DNA from: Desulfobulbus propionicus DSM 2032
GTDB lineage: Bacteria > Desulfobacterota > Desulfobulbia > Desulfobulbales > Desulfobulbaceae
Direction of reading: 5' to 3'
Assembly (NCBI RefSeq): GCF_000186885.1
Contig: NC_014972.1
Coordinates: 990,001-1,022,000, forward strand
Length of the DNA stretch: 32,000 nt
This document shows, in pieces, positions 27,603-32,000 of the stretch. Each line of letters opens with the position of its first letter. Position 1 is the first letter of the stretch. The position numbers and the translations under genes are program-made. The notes beneath the pieces were generated by a model that worked only from the letters and a program-made list of their open reading frames with translations, searched no databases and had not been told where the DNA came from.

Positions 27603-27730
27603 GGCTTGGTGTCGTCCTGGGGGAGTGGTGATGGTGCAAAGTGCGCTGTTGTGTCCGCGGCGCCCCGGGCGGCATGACCCGATGCCGATCGCCGCATCGT
27701 CGGCCGTTGAGTTGTTGGCTCCGGCCGGGG

Positions 27731-28405
27731 TTATCGCAGGCTGCCGTCGACCAGGGTGAGACAGCGATCCATGGCCCGGGCCAACTCCATGTTGTGGGTG
27801 ACCATGACCACCGCCAGACCGAGGCTGGCACTGAGTTCGCGCAGCAGGGCGAAAACCCGGGTGCCGCTGGCGGAATCGAGGTTGCCGGTGGGCTCGTCGG
27901 CCAGCAACAGGGCCGGTTCCATCACCAGGGCGCGGGCCAGGGCGACCCGCTGCTGTTCGCCGCCGGACAGCTCGCCGCTGCGATGCTCGAGTCGCTCGCC
28001 CAATCCCACCCGCTCAAGCAGCTCCTGGGCCTTGTCCTTGAGCACCGAGCGCGGCCGGCCGTTGATCAATCCCGGCATCATCACGTTTTCCAGGGCGGAG
28101 AACTCGGGCAGCAGGTGGTGGAATTGGAAGATAAAGCCGATACGGGTGTTGCGGTGGCCGGCCAGTTCCGGCTCGCTCTTGCCGGTCAGTTCGGTGCCGT
28201 CAAAGACGATGTGGCCGGCGTCGGGCACATCCAGGGTGCCGAGAATCTGCAGCAGGGTAGTCTTGCCCGAACCCGAGGCGCCGATGATCGCGGTCATCTC
28301 GCCGGGCTGCACCGAGAGATCGACCTCCTTGAGCACGGTGATGGTGTCCTGTCCGCTCAGGTACGATTTACACAGGCCCGTGGCCTGAAGCAGCGGCTTA
28401 TTCAT
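27731..28405 (-). CDS. lolD: Lipoprotein-releasing system ATP-binding protein LolD
   Basis: 224 aa. Walker A is GASGSGKTT, the ABC signature is LSGGEQQRV and Walker B is LLLADEPT. It overlaps the upstream LolC/E-type permease gene by 8 nt. Confidence 0.88.
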   Translation of the reverse strand: MNKPLLQATGLCKSYLSGQDTITVLKEVDLSVQPGEMTAIIGASGSGKTTLLQILGTLDVPDAGHIVFDGTELTGKSEPELAGHRNTRIGFIFQFHHLLPEFSALENVMMPGLINGRPRSVLKDKAQELLERVGLGERLEHRSGELSGGEQQRVALARALVMEPALLLADEPTGNLDSASGTRVFALLRELSASLGLAVVMVTHNMELARAMDRCLTLVDGSLR

Positions 28406-29624
28406 AGCTCAGGGCCTCGGCCGGACGAATGCGCGATGCCTTCCACGAGGGGTAGAGGGTCGCGGCCAGGGTGATGACGATGGCGGAGATGAGGATGACG
28501 CCCACGTCAAACGGCACCACCTTGATCGGCATGGTGGACATGGGATAGACATCCGGCGGCAGTTCGATGATCTTGTAGCGCTTGAGCAGGGCGCAGAGGC
28601 CCAAGCCCCCGGCCAGGCCGATGACCGTGCCCGAAAGGCCGATCACCATGCCCTGGTAGAAGAAGATGCGCATGATCGAGCGGGTGGTGGCGCCCATGGA
28701 TTTGAGGATGGCGATGTCGCGGTTTTTTTCCATCACCACCATGGTCAGGGCGCTGATGATGTTCAGTGCCGCCACCAGGATGATCAGGTTGAGAGCGATG
28801 AAGATGCCGGTCTTTTCCAGCTTGAGGGCGGCAAACATGTTCTGATTGAGGCGCATCCAGTCACGCACCGAATAGCCGCTGCCCAGGGCCTGCTGGACAG
28901 CCTGGGCTGTCCGGTCGGCTTGGTCGATGTCCGCGACCCGGATCTCGATGCCATGCACCCCCTGGCGCAGGTCGGTGAGGCTGCGGGCGGTGTCGAGACT
29001 GATGTAGCCGATGGTCGAGTCATACTCGGACATGCCGGTGTGGAAGATGCCCACCACCAGGCAGGTGCGGATCTTGGGCAGCACCCCCATGGGCGAGAGC
29101 GGCCCGTTGGGCGACATCAAGCGCACCCGGTCGCCCACGCCCACTTGCAGCTGGCGGGCCATGTCGCGGCCCAGGACAATGGCCGGCACCTCCAGGGGCT
29201 GGTCGAGGTCGGTCAGCGCCCCGGCCTGCATCTTTTGACCGATGCTGAGCACCCGCAGGGCGCTGGCGGCATCGATACCGCGCAGAAACACGCCGGTGGA
29301 CTGGCTGCTGGAACTGATCAGGGCCTGGCCGTTGATGAACGGCGTGGTGGCCGCAACCCCTTCCACGGCCTGAATCCGTGCAGTCACCTCCTCGGTGTCG
29401 GCAATGGGGCCGCCGAAGCGCTGGACCAGGGCATGGGCGTTGACGCCGATAATCTGATCACGCAGTCCCTCGGTGAATCCGGTCCACACCGACAGGACCA
29501 CGATCAGGGCCAGGACTCCAACCGCCACCCCGAGGATGGAAATGACGGTGATCAGGGAGATGAATTTCTGTTTACGTTTGGCCCGCAGGTAGCGCAGGCT
29601 GACGAACCATTCAAAGGCGGCCAT
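28398..29624 (-). CDS. Lipoprotein-releasing system transmembrane permease, LolC/LolE family
   Basis: 408 aa. The typical N-terminus is FEWFVSLRYLRAKRKQKFISLITVISILGVAVGV. A periplasmic MacB-like domain is followed by a C-terminal FtsX-type 3-TM bundle. It is paired with lolD. Confidence 0.9.
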   Translation of the reverse strand: MAAFEWFVSLRYLRAKRKQKFISLITVISILGVAVGVLALIVVLSVWTGFTEGLRDQIIGVNAHALVQRFGGPIADTEEVTARIQAVEGVAATTPFINGQALISSSSQSTGVFLRGIDAASALRVLSIGQKMQAGALTDLDQPLEVPAIVLGRDMARQLQVGVGDRVRLMSPNGPLSPMGVLPKIRTCLVVGIFHTGMSEYDSTIGYISLDTARSLTDLRQGVHGIEIRVADIDQADRTAQAVQQALGSGYSVRDWMRLNQNMFAALKLEKTGIFIALNLIILVAALNIISALTMVVMEKNRDIAILKSMGATTRSIMRIFFYQGMVIGLSGTVIGLAGGLGLCALLKRYKIIELPPDVYPMSTMPIKVVPFDVGVILISAIVITLAATLYPSWKASRIRPAEALSYE

Positions 29625-29640
29625 GCGGCGGTCGACCGGA

Positions 29641-31128
29641 TCACTCGCCGATTTCCGGCTTCATCTGCGGAAAGAGGATGACGTCGCGGATCGAGGGCGA
29701 ATCGGTGAGCAGCATGACCAACCGGTCGATGCCGATACCCTCGCCGGCGGCCGACGGCATGCCGTATTCCAAGGCGCGGACATAGTCGCGGTCGAGCACC
29801 GGATGGATCTCCTCGTCCTCGCCGCGCTCGTCGATCTGTTTCTGGAAGCGTTGCAGCTGGTCGATGGGGTCGTTGAGCTCGGAAAAGGCGTTGGCGATCT
29901 CCCGGCCGGTGATGAACAGCTCGAAGCGGTCGGTGACGGTGGGGTCTTCCTCGTTGCGCCGGGCCAGGGGCGAAACCTCGGTGGGATAGGAGGTGATGAA
30001 GGTCGGGTCGATCAGCCGTTCCTCGACCAGCAGCTCGAACAGCTCGGTCTTGGCCTTGCCCGGGCCGGCGCCCGGCTGGAGTTCGATCCCCTTTTGCTTG
30101 GCCAGCGCCATCACCGCCGTGTCGTCCTCGAGTACCGCCGGATCGAGGCCGCCGATCTGCACCAGGGATTCCTCCATGGTCAGCCGCCGCCAGGGCGGGG
30201 CCAGGTTGACCGGTGTGCCCTGATAGCTGATGTCCATGGAGCCGGTGACCTCATGGGCCAGCCACGAAACCATCTCCTCGGTCAGGTCCATCAGGTCGTG
30301 GTAGGTGGCGTAGGCCTGATAGAATTCGAGCATGGTGAATTCCGGGTTGTGGCGGGTCGAGAGTCCCTCGTTGCGGAAGTTGCGGTTGATCTCGAACACC
30401 TTCTCGAAGCCGCCCACCAAGAGCCGTTTGAGGTAGAGTTCCGGGGCGATGCGCAGGTAGAGATCCATGTCAAGCGCGTTGTGGTGGGTGCGGAAGGGCT
30501 TGGCCGTGGCGCCGCCGGGCACCGGCTGCATCATCGGGGTTTCCACCTCCATGTAGCCGCGGTTGTTGAGAAATTCGCGGATCAGCCGGATGATCTCCAC
30601 CCGCTTCTTGAACACCTCGCGCGCCTCGGGATTGACGATCAGATCGAGATAGCGCTGGCGGTAACGGGTCTCGACATCGGTCAGGCCGTGGAACTTCTCC
30701 GGCAGCGGCCGCAGCGACTTGGTGATCATCTGCAGGGTGGTGGCCTCCAGCGACAGCTCGCCGGTCTTGGTCTTGAACAGCCGTCCCTCGACGCCGACAA
30801 TGTCGCCCACATCCCATTTTTTAAAGAGATCGTAGACCTCCTCGCCCAGCAGGTCGCGGCGGGCATAGATCTGGAGGCGTTCGCTGGCGTCCTGGAGGTG
30901 AAAGAAGGCCGCCTTGCCGAACTTGCGCATCGACATCACCCGGCCGGCCACCCGGTAGCTGTGGCCCGAGTCGTCGTGACATTCGGGTGCGAGGTGTTCG
31001 CCCTGGGGCAGGATGTCGATGATGGGATCAGGGGCCTTGAAGGTATTGCTGAACAGCTTGACGCCGGATTGGGCCAGGGATTCGGCCTTTTCCCGCCGCT
31101 GTTTGAGAAGGTTGCTCGTTGTTTCCAT
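29641..31128 (-). CDS. lysS: Lysine--tRNA ligase (class II)
   Basis: Trimmed from ORF 29641..31350 to ATG 31126-31128 ([18 protein letters not shown]...), giving 495 aa. An OB-fold anticodon-binding region is present. Class II motifs are [20 protein letters not shown] and [13 protein letters not shown]. Confidence 0.93.
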   Translation of the reverse strand: METTSNLLKQRREKAESLAQSGVKLFSNTFKAPDPIIDILPQGEHLAPECHDDSGHSYRVAGRVMSMRKFGKAAFFHLQDASERLQIYARRDLLGEEVYDLFKKWDVGDIVGVEGRLFKTKTGELSLEATTLQMITKSLRPLPEKFHGLTDVETRYRQRYLDLIVNPEAREVFKKRVEIIRLIREFLNNRGYMEVETPMMQPVPGGATAKPFRTHHNALDMDLYLRIAPELYLKRLLVGGFEKVFEINRNFRNEGLSTRHNPEFTMLEFYQAYATYHDLMDLTEEMVSWLAHEVTGSMDISYQGTPVNLAPPWRRLTMEESLVQIGGLDPAVLEDDTAVMALAKQKGIELQPGAGPGKAKTELFELLVEERLIDPTFITSYPTEVSPLARRNEEDPTVTDRFELFITGREIANAFSELNDPIDQLQRFQKQIDERGEDEEIHPVLDRDYVRALEYGMPSAAGEGIGIDRLVMLLTDSPSIRDVILFPQMKPEIGE

Positions 31129-31261
31129 GATCTGTGTGCGAGAAGAGTTGTGGTATGCGCCAACCCCGCGGGCGGAGGTTGAAAAGAGGCCCTGGGGCAC
31201 GGAAGGAAGACGCTGGAGGTCCCAAATGGACGGGTCAAAATAGTTCGCGTCCGCGTTGATG

Positions 31262-32000
31262 TCAATTCCTTTCAAGGAGGGCGACGGTTTCGATGTGATG
31301 GGTCTGGGGGAACATGTCCACCGGGGTGACCTGAACGATGCGGTAGCCATTCTGGACGATCAGCGCCAGGTCGCGGGCCAGGGTGGCCGGATCGCAGGAG
31401 ATGGACAGGATATGCTGCGGGCCAAGCCGGGCGAGTAGCGCCGCGGTCTTGCCCAATCCCTGGCGAGGCGGATCGAGCAGGACGCAATCGAAGCGGGCCT
31501 TGCGCGCCACCAGGCTGCGCAGTGCCTGGCCGACATCGGCGCTGCGGAAGCGGGCCGTGGTCAGCCCCGCGGCACGGCTGTTGTGTTCCGCCCAATGAAC
31601 GCTCGTCCGGTTGTGCTCGACTCCGCTCACCTGCGTGCCCATGAGGCCAAGCGGAATGGAAAAATTGCCCATGCCGCAGAACAGGTCGAGGGCGGCACGA
31701 GGTGGCGGTGACAGGGGCAGCAGGCCCAGGGCGAGCTCGATCAAGCGTGGATTCTGGCGGACGTTGACCTGGAAAAAACACCGGTGATCCCAACACAGCC
31801 GATAGGCATGGCCAAGGACCGCGAAATCCTGGCACAGGTCGGCGGCGCGCGCGCGATCCCCCGACCGGCCGATGGGCTCCGCCTGCACGATCGTGTTGTC
31901 GGCCAGGCGGTTGAGTGCGGTGACCAGGTCGGCAGCCGAGTCGGGGCGCAACGCCGCCGTGGCCTGCAGGACAAGGATCACCCGGTCGTCGGCCGGACTG
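31262..32000 (-). CDS. RlmD/RumA/TrmA-family SAM-dependent RNA (uracil-5-)-methyltransferase; 5' end outside the window
   Basis: The frame stays open upstream of the listed GTG 31981 to the window edge (...SPADDRVILVLQ). Motifs are DLFCGMGNFS, LLDPPRQG, ISCDPATLARD and VDMFPQTHHIETVALL. The N-terminal TRAM/Fe-S part would lie beyond 32000. Confidence 0.85.
   Translation of the reverse strand, partial: SPADDRVILVLQATAALRPDSAADLVTALNRLADNTIVQAEPIGRSGDRARAADLCQDFAVLGHAYRLCWDHRCFFQVNVRQNPRLIELALGLLPLSPPPRAALDLFCGMGNFSIPLGLMGTQVSGVEHNRTSVHWAEHNSRAAGLTTARFRSADVGQALRSLVARKARFDCVLLDPPRQGLGKTAALLARLGPQHILSISCDPATLARDLALIVQNGYRIVQVTPVDMFPQTHHIETVALLERN

Noticed and set aside
31129-31350. 74-codon extension of lysS, and similar extensions of the MBL gene (21406-21480), the 90-aa gene (10021-10269), the zinc-ribbon gene (5133-5213) and hisD (15030-15119)
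   Set aside because: Internal starts give proteins of canonical length and N-termini (LysS 495 aa; the MBL signal peptide after AAGGAGG). The extensions have no homology-like features, and the hisD extension begins in its own -35 box.

Overview
This is a high-G+C bacterial chromosomal segment. Hand counts of single 60-nt lines give about 60-73% G+C in core genes. All family calls come from reading motifs in the supplied translations; no searches were run.

I can support 24 protein-coding genes, one decayed tyrosine-recombinase fragment, two strong intrinsic terminators, one good sigma70-like promoter and a few hairpins or palindromes. I see no rRNA, tRNA, CRISPR array or intact mobile element.

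Layout:
- (i) 1-4726 (+): a three-gene split, archaeal-type glutamate-synthase-like module with extra ferredoxin domains.
- (ii) 4965-13064 (-): small zinc-ribbon protein, 1020-aa hybrid sensor kinase, LprI/DUF1311-like secreted protein, an integrase remnant on the + strand, a 90-aa orphan, ogt, a YkgJ-like Cys-cluster protein and a class A PBP.
- (iii) 13161-20361 (+): housekeeping block mutL-hisD-rsmG-leuB-(divergent prs-like)-asd.
- (iv) 20434-32000 (-): secreted MBL-fold hydrolase, 1447-aa SNF2-family ATPase, CHAP-domain lipoprotein, radical SAM/SPASM enzyme, lolD, lolC/E, lysS and a 5'-truncated RlmD/TrmA-type RNA methyltransferase.

Most of the window is ordinary core metabolism.

The best candidate for something undescribed is the compositionally atypical radical SAM/SPASM gene. 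It is tightly coupled to a CHAP lipoprotein and sits between lolCD and the giant SNF2 protein. This is a hypothesis, not a demonstrated system.

A second accessory spot is the lower-G+C stretch at 8759-9684, which holds the lower-G+C LprI-like gene and the frameshifted integrase N-terminal fragment; the convergent 90-aa orphan (9748-10020) abuts it.

The gene content includes many Fe-S proteins, a ferredoxin-fused GOGAT and an endonuclease-type MutL. This suggests an anaerobe, possibly Desulfobacterota-like, but that is inference only.
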